From: Deltaproteobacteria bacterium
Lineage (GTDB): Bacteria > Desulfobacterota > Desulfobacteria > Desulfobacterales > JAFDFH01
Assembly (NCBI GenBank): GCA_019309945.1
Contig: JAFDFH010000001.1
Span: forward strand, 1-33,112
Direction: 5' to 3'
Length of the DNA stretch: 33,112 nucleotides
Below, piece after piece: positions 1-9,046 of this stretch (position 1 is its first letter; each line of letters starts with the position of its first letter). The notes beneath the pieces are model-generated. The model was not told where the DNA came from and ran no database searches. It worked only from the letters and a program-made list of their open reading frames with translations. Made by a program: the position numbers and the translations under genes.

Positions 1-119
1 CGGAATCCGATTTTTTTTTCAGTCCAAAGCTGTCTCCTCAAAACATTAAACATAGTTCAAACCGCTTTCAATAAAACAAAGATGCCGAAAAAAGCCGGTA
101 GGCTGCAAGTTTTGGCCGT

Positions 120-172
120 ATTGAAAAAAATTAGCGGATGACGCAGCGGGCCTCCTGAAACATATTGAAAAG
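120..172 (+). repeat. Partial, divergent copy of the intergenic repeat family (terminator-type right module). Same module as 25806-25846.
   Basis: attgaaaaaaattaGcggatgAcgCagcgggcct aligns with attgaaaaaaattaCcggatgGcgTagcgggcct at 25806-25838. The similarity continues to the stop codon of the adjacent minus-strand gene. Confidence 0.5.
124..158 (-). terminator. Putative intrinsic terminator for the cytochrome c operon
   Basis: On the minus strand, a GC-rich imperfect hairpin region (134-158) is followed by U7 (A7 at 124-130 on +). It sits directly after the stop codon at 173-175. The hairpin is weaker than in the paralogous copy at 25809-25843. Confidence 0.35.
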
Positions 173-1897
173 TTACCAATATGTTTCTTGCCGACAGGGA
201 GTCGCCCCTGCATGAAAAGCGTTCAGGCTTTTCTCATAATCATGGTACACTGGATCGTCATATTGGTCATGGCAGGGCAGGCAGAGCGCAACCTGCACAA
301 TCCGATTTAATTCCAACAAGTTAAACGGCCGGCCGTTTTTTCTTGAAGCCAGCTGCAAGGGAACCCCTTGGGCCGACACAAAGGCGTCCAAAGGAAATTG
401 GATCCCCAGATCGGATTCAAAGGATCGATACACCGGTTTAAAATCGTGAGGATCAAAGCTTGCCATGACCAGCGAACGGAACGATCGCTCCTTCTGATAA
501 TGTCCGTTTTCATCAAAAATTTCCAAAAAGACCTGACAGCCCGGCGCATAGGGACCTATCTTTCCATTTGGCCATATACCAAGCGTGGGTCGCATGAATC
601 GCAGATAGGACCGGCCTTCCATCCAACGCCCCGGTGAAAGTTTTCCGGTGATCCATCCCCGTTGCTCAGATTGCAGAAAAAGGGTTTCGTGACAACCATA
701 ACATTGAGGCGTCCACACGCTGTGGCATGACTGGCAGGAAAGGCGTTGATGATACTCGGGCGTATGAATTTTTTGAGTTTCGAGTCTCTTAAATATAATC
801 GCTTTACCATCCCGTTTGCGAAAAAGCGTCATTTTCTTTTCCGGCCCGGGACGGAGATGATACAGGGGGCTGTTTTTGGGCGAAAGCAAAAAAGAATCCG
901 GATAAAATGCGGGCTGCCGGCCATTCAAACGGATCAGGCGACGATACAGATCCAGATCGGGAATATGGGACTGTATCGCTGGTTCGTGGCAGGTGCGGCA
1001 GGTAATATCTACCTGTTCTTCCTGGTGCTCATGAACAGATCCATCGCCCATTACACCTTTTTCCGTGTGGCAGTCGATACAGTCCATTCCGGCGGCATGA
1101 TGCAAATCCGGTGGCAGCTCCAAATAGAACCGACCACCTGAGAGTTGTCGAAGGTTCGGCCCGCCGTTTTGATAAGGGGTTCCATACCCCTCTGATTCAA
1201 AATGTCCCCGATAAGACAACCCGATGCGAGCCGATCGATTGTGGCACTTGAGGCAATTTTCATTGGGAATACGGGTGGTCAGCTTCGGGTGTTTAAAAAT
1301 TTTCTTGGACAGATCTTGCTGTCCGGGGTTTGAAAGTTCAAGAATATGACAGTCCGTGCATCCGCCTCCCCGGCGGCCGATTTCACCACGATTCGGATAT
1401 CTGGGCCGCCACAGGTGGCAGCCACCGCACATTTTACGAAAATGATCCAGGGCCAGGCTCTGACCCGGAGGTTGATCCATAAGTTCACGTACCGTGCTGA
1501 CCGAAGTTTCGGATGAATGGGGCCATAGGGTTTGCATCACTTTCAAGATGCCCGTATTGGTAGCCATAAGACTTTTTTCCACCCGGTCAACCAGATCCGG
1601 GTGACATCCTTTTTTGCCGCAGGTGAATCGGGCCATACGCAGATCACCTGGGTTTTTAGCAAGGCCCATATGGGCTCTATCTTTTTCGACGGCATACGGA
1701 TTTCCCAAATGGCATCCGGTGCAACCGAAAACGGCAACAGGATGAGATGGAGCAGGATCCCCATCACGCTCGTGGCAAACCGTACATCCATCCGGTGAAG
1801 TAGAGGGCATCGTGTTCCTAATTTCGTATCGCCATACCAGAAATACAATCAGTAGTGTTAAAACGATCAGGGAAATGATGGTTTGAGGCTTCATCAA
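173..1897 (-). CDS. Multiheme c-type cytochrome (11 heme-binding motifs), membrane anchored
   Basis: 574-aa ORF with 10 CxxCH motifs plus one CxxxxCH: CTVCH, CTGCH, CGKKGCH, CGGCH, CTDCH, CLKCH, CIDCH, CRTCH, CQSCH, CYGCH, CLPCH. It has an N-terminal hydrophobic anchor (IISLIVLTLLIVFLV) and starts 6 nt after the cytochrome b gene. Confidence 0.85.
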   Translation of the reverse strand: MMKPQTIISLIVLTLLIVFLVWRYEIRNTMPSTSPDGCTVCHERDGDPAPSHPVAVFGCTGCHLGNPYAVEKDRAHMGLAKNPGDLRMARFTCGKKGCHPDLVDRVEKSLMATNTGILKVMQTLWPHSSETSVSTVRELMDQPPGQSLALDHFRKMCGGCHLWRPRYPNRGEIGRRGGGCTDCHILELSNPGQQDLSKKIFKHPKLTTRIPNENCLKCHNRSARIGLSYRGHFESEGYGTPYQNGGPNLRQLSGGRFYLELPPDLHHAAGMDCIDCHTEKGVMGDGSVHEHQEEQVDITCRTCHEPAIQSHIPDLDLYRRLIRLNGRQPAFYPDSFLLSPKNSPLYHLRPGPEKKMTLFRKRDGKAIIFKRLETQKIHTPEYHQRLSCQSCHSVWTPQCYGCHETLFLQSEQRGWITGKLSPGRWMEGRSYLRFMRPTLGIWPNGKIGPYAPGCQVFLEIFDENGHYQKERSFRSLVMASFDPHDFKPVYRSFESDLGIQFPLDAFVSAQGVPLQLASRKNGRPFNLLELNRIVQVALCLPCHDQYDDPVYHDYEKSLNAFHAGATPCRQETYW

Positions 1898-1903
1898 ATG
1901 GCT

Positions 1904-2800
1904 CTATCCAGGCAATCGAGGCAGTAGATACCCGGCCGCCAAAAGAACCGCCAGGTGTCCCAGACAGAGGAGAACAATCAGGCCTCGCATCCATTTTATC
2001 CAGGACAAAGGAACAAACGCAAGAACGGCCAACAACCCGACGGGGATCAGCGGCCAGACCATACCGGTCCAGAAAGGAGATCCGTAGCGCAGAAGAAGCT
2101 GAACACCTTGAAAAAACCAGGGACCGGTAGATAGGGCGGATTCCATATGAGGAGGAATATCCGGAGGAAGCGGACAAAAGACAGCAAGCACGGATAAAAA
2201 TGCAATCAACGGCCAGCCGAGCTCTCCTTTTGGAAAAAGCCGTCTTCTATGCCGTCCCAAAAGGAAAATAACGACCAGGGGGAGGATCACCGTATGATAA
2301 AGATAGGGGAGCAGAAAAAAGTCCGGTCCCGGCCGAAGTAAAGTTCTTGCCAATCCTGAACCGACCAACGGCACGTGCTCGGCAAGGTTCACCATGACCC
2401 GTGCGGCTTGAATCCCTTCCTTGTCCCCTTTAAGGATAAACCCCGTAAAAACCAGAGGAAAACTTAAAAAAAACAGGAAAACAAGTTTCGACCATTCCAG
2501 TGATTTAATATGCTGGTAGGTTTGTCTGAAAAAATGTTCAAATGTATGCCCGATAGTAAACAGCAGAAAGGCTTGGCCACTGAAGTAATGCAATTTTCTG
2601 ATAAACCCACCGTATGGAATTTGTCCGGTAATCTTTGAGACGTTTGTAAAAACATCTCCCCATGGTCGATAATTAAAGGAAAGGATGACACCGGTGACCA
2701 GTGCAAAAAGAAACGCCCACCATGCAAGTTCAGCAAGGGGCCAATGGAATCTTTTGGTTTGGAAATCGTTTGATTGCGGTTCAGATTGAAACGGTTTCAT
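1904..2800 (-). CDS. Cytochrome b / b6-like di-heme membrane subunit
   Basis: 298-aa polytopic membrane protein. It has an H-X13-H pair (LHYFSGQAFLLFTIGH) and an H-X14-H pair (YHTVILPLVVIFLLGRH), the typical bis-His ligand spacing of cytochrome b6-type proteins. It overlaps the Rieske gene by 4 nt. Confidence 0.8.
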   Translation of the reverse strand: MKPFQSEPQSNDFQTKRFHWPLAELAWWAFLFALVTGVILSFNYRPWGDVFTNVSKITGQIPYGGFIRKLHYFSGQAFLLFTIGHTFEHFFRQTYQHIKSLEWSKLVFLFFLSFPLVFTGFILKGDKEGIQAARVMVNLAEHVPLVGSGLARTLLRPGPDFFLLPYLYHTVILPLVVIFLLGRHRRRLFPKGELGWPLIAFLSVLAVFCPLPPDIPPHMESALSTGPWFFQGVQLLLRYGSPFWTGMVWPLIPVGLLAVLAFVPLSWIKWMRGLIVLLCLGHLAVLLAAGYLLPRLPG

Positions 2801-3195
2801 GAAAACGGCAATAAGACCTTGTAGCCCCCCTCTTTGTTATCTAAACGAAAATCCAAATTCGTCATGTCCTTTTTGGCCGGCCCTTGAATACAACGTCCTT
2901 GTGTTGAAAAGATAGATCCATGACAGGGGCATTGAAAACGTTTCTTTTTCGAATTGAATTCCAACCGGCACCCCAGATGGGGACAACGGGCTGAAAAAAG
3001 TTTTAGACCTTGCTCCAAATTCAGAAAATAAACGCCATTGCGATGAAGCACTTCACCTTTTTCAGGTGGCCCGGGAAAAGATATTTCAAGAAAGGAACCG
3101 CCAACACCCTGAACATATTTCCAGGTAAGATGTAAAAAACCACCTCCCAGAAGAATTTGGAACAAGCGTAAGCATATTTCTCTTCGCGTTAGCAT
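2797..3195 (-). CDS. Rieske [2Fe-2S] protein
   Basis: 132 aa with the Rieske boxes CPHLGC and CPCHGS. The N-terminus has an RR-containing hydrophobic segment (MLTRREICLRLFQILLGGG). It is the first gene of the Rieske / cyt b / cyt c operon. Confidence 0.85.
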   Translation of the reverse strand: MLTRREICLRLFQILLGGGFLHLTWKYVQGVGGSFLEISFPGPPEKGEVLHRNGVYFLNLEQGLKLFSARCPHLGCRLEFNSKKKRFQCPCHGSIFSTQGRCIQGPAKKDMTNLDFRLDNKEGGYKVLLPFS

Positions 3196-3524
3196 GGTGT
3201 GTATATCTTTCGGTTATCCCCCAGCGGTCCGGCATGTATATTTATGAAGGTCTGCGCATGGATCGCCAACGGACAATGAATAAAAAAAATTGCTATTTAC
3301 CTGACCCGGACAATCCGGGGTCCATTTCTAAAAACCTATATCGCTCACTAATCAGCAAAAAAGATTGATTAAAATATTTTTTTGCCATCAAAATCACAAA
3401 ATAATTTTTGGCGGGCGAACCTACATTTTGAATTGAAGAGCGGTATATAAAAATGTGATATGTCTTAAGATTAGCACCAGCTATTGAGAAATTCAACGAC
3501 TTTATCCAACCAACTGGGTCGAAT

Positions 3525-3601
3525 GGCCTTTGAAAAAAATTGCAGCTCCGATTTTCTCTGCTAGATTGAAGATATAGAAGGATATCGGTGTCAAAGGTCT
3601 C
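3525..3601 (+). repeat. Short (77 bp) decayed copy of the family-2 fold-back repeat
   Basis: The ends, ggcctttgaaaaaaa and tcaaaggtctc, match the family-2 termini gagacctttgaaaaa / ttttgcaaaggtctc (21940-22094). The interior is poorly conserved. Confidence 0.35.
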
Positions 3602-3618
3602 GGTTCTTGTCTTGCGGG

Positions 3619-3647
3619 TTGACACCCGCCCCCCTTTTTCCTATGCT
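3619..3647 (+). promoter_or_regulatory. Sigma70-like promoter candidate for the dynamin-like GTPase gene
   Basis: TTGACA (3619-3624), 17 nt spacer, TATGCT (3642-3647), about 40 nt upstream of the ATG at 3687. The -35 lies inside a small hairpin, gcgggt-tgac-acccgc. Confidence 0.35.
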
Positions 3648-3686
3648 GACAACTAATCAAAGAATGTTGCGTGTTGTTTTATACAA

Positions 3687-5420
3687 ATGGGAGGTCATTT
3701 GAAAAATCTTATGATCAGCGAAACCTTTGAGCGTTTCCGATCTGAAGTTGCCGCTCTTTTAGAGGATCTTCACAGGCTCATCACGGCTATTAATAATCCT
3801 GCCCTTGAGGCCGTCATCAACGACATCCGAACCCATGTTACCGAACCATTCTTGTTTGTCATTGTTGGTGAGATCAAGTCCGGTAAAAGTAGCTTTGTCA
3901 ATGCGCTGCTGCAAGCCGATATTTGCCGTGTGGATCCGGCTCCTTGTACGGATGTGATTCAACAGCTGGTATATGCGCCGGAAAAAACTGAAACCGAGAT
4001 CAACCCCTACCTGCATCGCATCGGTCTACCTGTGGATATCCTGAAACAAATCGCTATCGTGGACACGCCCGGCACCAATACGGTAATCCGGCACCACCAT
4101 GAAATCACCGAACGGTTCATTCCCAACAGCGGCTTGGTGTTGTTTGTTTTTCCGGCAAAAAATCCCCACACCCATTCGGCTTGGGAGTTGTTGGATTTCA
4201 TCAAAGATGAGTGGCAAAAACGGTTGGTGTTTATCCTGCAGCAGGCAGATCTTGCGACAGCGGAAGAACTTCGCGTTAATACCCGCAAAGTCGAAGAATA
4301 TGCCGCCGAACACGGCATTGATGCCCCTAAAATTTTCATTACTTCAGCCAAATGGGAACAGGAGCACAACTCCCGCAGCGGCTTTGAGGAAATTCGAGCA
4401 TTCATAAGAGAAACCGTCACCGGAGGTCACCATTTCTACCTCAAGCTCATATCAATCCTGGATACCGGTGAGCAGGTTTTGAAAAAAGTCTATGCTGCGC
4501 TAAAATTGCTCTTGCAAGAGCTTGAATTGGACAAGGTGGTGGCAAGTAAGATCGAACAGCGCCTAATGACCGGCAAGGATAACACCCAAAGGGATATTCT
4601 CTATCTGGTTGACCGGCTGCTGGAACAATACGACCGAATCGTCGACCAGATTAAAGCGGATTTCGAAGACGGATTTTCCATTCCCACTCTATTTAAACGG
4701 GCCTTACGCTCAACCTTCACAAGAAACAAATCTGTGAAGGCATGGCTTGACGGCCTACAAAAGCAATTTGAAGAAGCGCTGAACACATCCTTTGAGGATA
4801 TCGCCGGCGAGGGGGTCATCCACTTTACGGCTACCATCCGTGATCTCAATGACAGCATTGCAGAAGAACTCGGCAATGCCGATGGCTACCGGAGCAATGA
4901 AGTAGGCCGCGTTGTCGATTTCGGTCACAAGCGGGAAGAGGTCATCAGCGATATTCGAAACAAAGTAAAGGAAATGGCGACAGCGGATTTTAAAACCGAA
5001 ACCATGGCCACCAATCCGGCTAATATGTCATCACAATTAATCAGCGGGAGCGCACTGACACTTGTCGGTGCGCTTCTATTGATGACGCATGTAACCCTTT
5101 TAGATATTACCGGCGGCATCCTGACCGGTCTTGGAATTCTTATCGCAGGCGGCGTACTGGTCGTGAAGAAAGGCAAAATTATGGGTGAATTTAACCGAGC
5201 ACTGGCAGAAGGCCGTAAACGACTCAAAGAAGAGTTGACCGCAAAACTAACGGCAAAGTTTGATCTGGTTCATGAAAATATTCGACGCAGGGTTAACCCC
5301 TTTTTCGATCATGTAGCGGGCCGGGAGAAAAAAATTGGGCCCTTAATGGAGCAGGGTGAGGACATCCAAAAAAGGATTCTGGACCTGAAAAAACGGATTG
5401 GTGAAAGCGTTCACACATGA
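3687..5420 (+). CDS. Bacterial dynamin-like GTPase (Dynamin_N family) with C-terminal membrane hairpin
   Basis: P-loop VIVGEIKSGKSSFVNALL, G3 motif VDTPGTN, and a long helical stalk. There is a double hydrophobic segment near the C-terminus (LISGSALTLVGALLLMTHV / ILTGLGILIAGGVLVV). The start codon is uncertain because no clear SD is present. Confidence 0.8.
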   Translation: MGGHLKNLMISETFERFRSEVAALLEDLHRLITAINNPALEAVINDIRTHVTEPFLFVIVGEIKSGKSSFVNALLQADICRVDPAPCTDVIQQLVYAPEKTETEINPYLHRIGLPVDILKQIAIVDTPGTNTVIRHHHEITERFIPNSGLVLFVFPAKNPHTHSAWELLDFIKDEWQKRLVFILQQADLATAEELRVNTRKVEEYAAEHGIDAPKIFITSAKWEQEHNSRSGFEEIRAFIRETVTGGHHFYLKLISILDTGEQVLKKVYAALKLLLQELELDKVVASKIEQRLMTGKDNTQRDILYLVDRLLEQYDRIVDQIKADFEDGFSIPTLFKRALRSTFTRNKSVKAWLDGLQKQFEEALNTSFEDIAGEGVIHFTATIRDLNDSIAEELGNADGYRSNEVGRVVDFGHKREEVISDIRNKVKEMATADFKTETMATNPANMSSQLISGSALTLVGALLLMTHVTLLDITGGILTGLGILIAGGVLVVKKGKIMGEFNRALAEGRKRLKEELTAKLTAKFDLVHENIRRRVNPFFDHVAGREKKIGPLMEQGEDIQKRILDLKKRIGESVHT

Positions 5421-5460
5421 AATTTTCAAAATCTGTATTCAGACGTTAAATTAATCGGCG

Positions 5461-7008
5461 ATGAACCGAAACAACAAGGGCTGGGTGAGAACGGTTTGTT
5501 TAACGCCCCCTACACTCCAAGACAATACTGCCGATGCAGACCGCCTTGCAGACGCTCTGAAATCCGAACTTAAAACCAATAGGGTCGACATTGATCTTGA
5601 TCTTTTAAAAAAATTGCCGGAACAGCTAAGAAAGTGGGCGTATCAGCTCCAATGCGTTGTTTTGAAGGATCGCGACAGGTGGTTTTTAACCGACATAACA
5701 GATTCTCAGGATTCGTGCACCATAGCCGGATTGGCGGTTGACCTTGGAACCAGCAGGGTGGTTTTACGTCTGCTAAATCTTTCAAATGGCCAAATCTTAA
5801 ACGAATCTTCTTTTCACAATCCCCAGGTAACGATTGCATCCGATGTTCTGGCACGAATCCACTATGCGGATATAGATGGGGGCCTTAAACGATTAAATGA
5901 ACTGATAATAAACAGCTTAAATGAAAATATCACCAAATTGTGCCGATCCTGTAAACTGGAGCCGGCAGATATTTACATGCTTTCCGTGGCCGGCAACACC
6001 ACCATGTCTCATCTTTTCATGGGGCTGAATCCCCACTGGATCATTCGCGAGCCTTACATCCCGGCTGTAAACAGACCGGGAATCGTAAAAACGGAAGACC
6101 TTAACATCCTGGTGAATCCGTCGGCCAGAGCCTTTATCTTTCCCAATAGCGGCAGCTATTTTGGCGGAGATCTTGTCGCCGGGATCCTGTTTTCAGGACT
6201 TAACAATGAGGAAAAAACGTCAATTTTAGTGGATGTCGGGACAAATGCAGAGGTTGTGTTGGGAAACAGTGACTGGCTTATTGCATGTGCCGGAGCGGCA
6301 GGCCCTGCCTTAGAGGGCGGGGTAACCCGAATGGGCATGATGGCCGGCCCCGGGGTAATTGACCGGATTGCCATTGAACCAGCATCTTTGCAATTTCAGA
6401 TTCATACCATTGAAGACCTCGCGCCGCAGGGAATTTGCGGGTCAGGGCTGATCGATCTTGCAGCGCATCTTTATCTTTCCGGTATGATTGAAATGCGCGG
6501 GAAGTTCGTGCCGTCCAGGTGCGGCAACAGGCTAAAGGAACAAAAGGGTGTGATGCACCTGGTGGTGGTACCAGCAAGTGAATCCGCTACCGGGTCCGAC
6601 CTGACGATCAGCCAAGCCGATCTCGACAGCCTCATTCGTTCAAAAGCCGCCATGTACACGATCCTTGAAACGCTTATGCACTCCGTGGGAAGTTCTTTTA
6701 TAGATCTTTCGGCATTCTATGTGGCGGGCACGTTTGGATCTTTGATTCAACCCGAGTCGGCCATATCCATCGGCATGCTTCCGGATTTGCCGTTAAATAC
6801 ATACCGAGCGGTGGGCAACAGCTCCCTTGGTGGTGCAACAATGGCGTTGATCTCCAGTGAATGCTTAGATGAAATCGACAGAATAAGGGATCGCATCACG
6901 TATCTTGAGTTAAACGTCAATCAGGAATTCATGAACCGATTTTCCGCTGCAAAGTTTATCCCCCATACGGATCCGTCACGTTTCCCTTCAGTGAAAGTGT
7001 GGGGATAA
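5461..7008 (+). CDS. ASKHA-fold (DUF4445 / RACo C-terminal-like) ATPase lacking the N-terminal ferredoxin domain
   Basis: 515 aa. Actin/Hsp70-like phosphate motifs are present (GLAVDLGTSRVV; LVDVGTNAEVV; ICGSGLIDL), with the glycine-rich AGAAGPALEGG typical of corrinoid-reductive-activase-like DUF4445 proteins. No Cys-rich 2Fe-2S N-terminal domain is present. Confidence 0.65.
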   Translation: MNRNNKGWVRTVCLTPPTLQDNTADADRLADALKSELKTNRVDIDLDLLKKLPEQLRKWAYQLQCVVLKDRDRWFLTDITDSQDSCTIAGLAVDLGTSRVVLRLLNLSNGQILNESSFHNPQVTIASDVLARIHYADIDGGLKRLNELIINSLNENITKLCRSCKLEPADIYMLSVAGNTTMSHLFMGLNPHWIIREPYIPAVNRPGIVKTEDLNILVNPSARAFIFPNSGSYFGGDLVAGILFSGLNNEEKTSILVDVGTNAEVVLGNSDWLIACAGAAGPALEGGVTRMGMMAGPGVIDRIAIEPASLQFQIHTIEDLAPQGICGSGLIDLAAHLYLSGMIEMRGKFVPSRCGNRLKEQKGVMHLVVVPASESATGSDLTISQADLDSLIRSKAAMYTILETLMHSVGSSFIDLSAFYVAGTFGSLIQPESAISIGMLPDLPLNTYRAVGNSSLGGATMALISSECLDEIDRIRDRITYLELNVNQEFMNRFSAAKFIPHTDPSRFPSVKVWG

Positions 7009-7183
7009 CCTTTGCACCTGTTTGGATTGATAGAAAAATTATTTTTCGGACCTATAAACAATTTTAAGGAAAATCCAGGTCGCAGGGTCCTTCGCCTCCA
7101 AAGCGTGAAAAACTCGGGCTTTAGTGACCGTAAAACCGAACAGGATTTGGTTTTTGACCAGACGGTTCTTTTTCCTCATCAGA

Positions 7184-8971
7184 TCAGTCTTTATTCCGGT
7201 ATGCTTCGATAATATCTAAAAAGATTTTCCCATACTTTTCAAGTTTAACAGCACCGATGCCATGGATTTGGAGCAACTCATTTTCGTTTCCTGGGAAAAA
7301 AGTAGCCATTCCAATCAAGGTTTTATCAGAAAAAATAACATATGGTGGTACGCCGGTATGATCCGCGAGTTTTTTTCGCGTCTTCCGCAGCATTTCAAAC
7401 AATTCTCGATCATACTCCGGAATTTCATCTGGAAGAATTTTTTCGGGTAATGTTTCAGGTAAAATGTGGCTGACAGACACCTTTTCACCCTTAAAAACAG
7501 CATACGCCTTAGCGGTCAGATTTAATCCCCCATATTCCATATCCTGGATCATCAGCCCCTTGCTCAAAAACTGTCTGGACATATGGAGCCACTGTTTCCT
7601 GGAATACTCTGCCCCGATCCCGTAAGTTGATAATTTATCGTGCCCAAAATTTAGAACTTTTTTGGATTTGGAGCCCCGTAGTATATCAATGATGTGATTT
7701 GCACCGAATCGTTCGCCGGTACGTTTAACACATGAAAGGAATTTTTGAGCCGGGAGGGTAACATCGATCTGTTCCTTATCGCCTCCAAAACAATTGTCGC
7801 ACGTCCTGCAATTCCCGGGATGATCCTCGTCAAAATAATTCATCAGCGGTACCCGCCGGCAGGATTCTGTTTCGACAAATTGCAGCAGGCTATTCAGATG
7901 AATATTGGCCAAGCGCTGTTCATGCCCCTTTTTGTTCTGAATAATATATCGAATTTTGGGGATATCGCCGTAGCTGAAAAGTAACATGCAACTTGCAGGT
8001 AGGCCGTCTCTGCCGGCCCGCCCAATTTCCTGGTAATAGTTCTCCAGGTTCGGGGGCAAGTCATAATGCAGAACAAAGCGAACATCCGGCTTATTAATGC
8101 CCATCCCAAAGGCAACCGTTGCCACCATGACCTGTATATCATCGTTGATAAAAAGGTCCTGGTTTTTATTGCGATCCCGGTCCGTCAGGCCGGCATGGTA
8201 ATTTTTTGCCGAAATTCCTTGCTTTTTTAGGGCTTCATATAATTTATCCGTGGTATTTCGGGTAGCGCAGTAAATAATGCCGGATTCCCCGGCATTTTCT
8301 TCTATAAAAGCAAGTGCTTGTTTCAAAGGGTTTGATTTTTCAACGATCCGGAGGAACAGGTTCGGTCTGTCAAATGATGCAATAAATTCATTTGAAGCAT
8401 CAAAACCGAGACTTTTTTGAATGTCTTTCTGAACCTGTTGTGTAGCAGTTGCGGTCAGGGCAATGCAGACGGCATCTTTAAAGACCGGCCGGGTTTCTGC
8501 CAGTTGCCTGTATTCAGGACGAAAATCATGTCCCCACCTGGATATACAGTGAGCCTCATCCACTGCCAGGCAATCCACCTGAACTAAAGCAAGCAGATTC
8601 AAGATGCTTTTTTTAAGAAAAGTTTCAGGGGCCAGGTACAGTAATTTCGACTTCTTTTGCTTTATTTGGTATACATTTTTTCGATATTCGTCCGCAGGCA
8701 ACTGGCTGTTTAGTAAGACGGCCGTCACGTTTATTGCCAACATTTGCTCAACCTGATCTTTCATCAATGAAATCAACGGAGAGATGACAATTGTCAATCC
8801 GTCAAATATGAGAGCCGGAATTTGGTAACAAAGGGATTTTCCACCGCCGGTTGGCATAATGACAAGGGTATCCCTTTTTTGAATGACATTGTCGATGATC
8901 TCTTCTTGAAGCGGGAGGAATTTATCATATCCAAAAACACTTTTTAAAATTGTCCTTGAGCGTTTGATCAT
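7184..8971 (-). CDS. recQ: ATP-dependent DNA helicase RecQ
   Basis: Walker A PTGGGKSLCYQ, DEAH box VDEAHCISRWGHDFRPEY, RecQ zinc-binding Cys cluster (CRR...CRTCDNC), and a C-terminal HRDC-like region. Confidence 0.95.
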   Translation of the reverse strand: MIKRSRTILKSVFGYDKFLPLQEEIIDNVIQKRDTLVIMPTGGGKSLCYQIPALIFDGLTIVISPLISLMKDQVEQMLAINVTAVLLNSQLPADEYRKNVYQIKQKKSKLLYLAPETFLKKSILNLLALVQVDCLAVDEAHCISRWGHDFRPEYRQLAETRPVFKDAVCIALTATATQQVQKDIQKSLGFDASNEFIASFDRPNLFLRIVEKSNPLKQALAFIEENAGESGIIYCATRNTTDKLYEALKKQGISAKNYHAGLTDRDRNKNQDLFINDDIQVMVATVAFGMGINKPDVRFVLHYDLPPNLENYYQEIGRAGRDGLPASCMLLFSYGDIPKIRYIIQNKKGHEQRLANIHLNSLLQFVETESCRRVPLMNYFDEDHPGNCRTCDNCFGGDKEQIDVTLPAQKFLSCVKRTGERFGANHIIDILRGSKSKKVLNFGHDKLSTYGIGAEYSRKQWLHMSRQFLSKGLMIQDMEYGGLNLTAKAYAVFKGEKVSVSHILPETLPEKILPDEIPEYDRELFEMLRKTRKKLADHTGVPPYVIFSDKTLIGMATFFPGNENELLQIHGIGAVKLEKYGKIFLDIIEAYRNKD

Positions 8972-9046
8972 CTCAAACCATCTCCTGAAAGGTTAGGCTA
9001 CAAAGCGTTTGTCAGACTTATAGGGATTATAAAAGAAGAACTATCT

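Noticed and set aside
3293-3625. 110-aa ORF on the minus strand in the Rieske/dynamin divergent region
   Set aside because: It is AT-rich with odd composition, and has no SD and no recognisable motif. It overlaps a repeat fragment and the predicted promoter, so it is most likely non-coding.
7132-7154. AAAACC-n11-GGTTTT hairpin between the convergent ASKHA and recQ genes, as a bidirectional terminator
   Set aside because: The stem is only 6 bp and AT-rich, so stability is too low to call with confidence. It may still contribute to termination.
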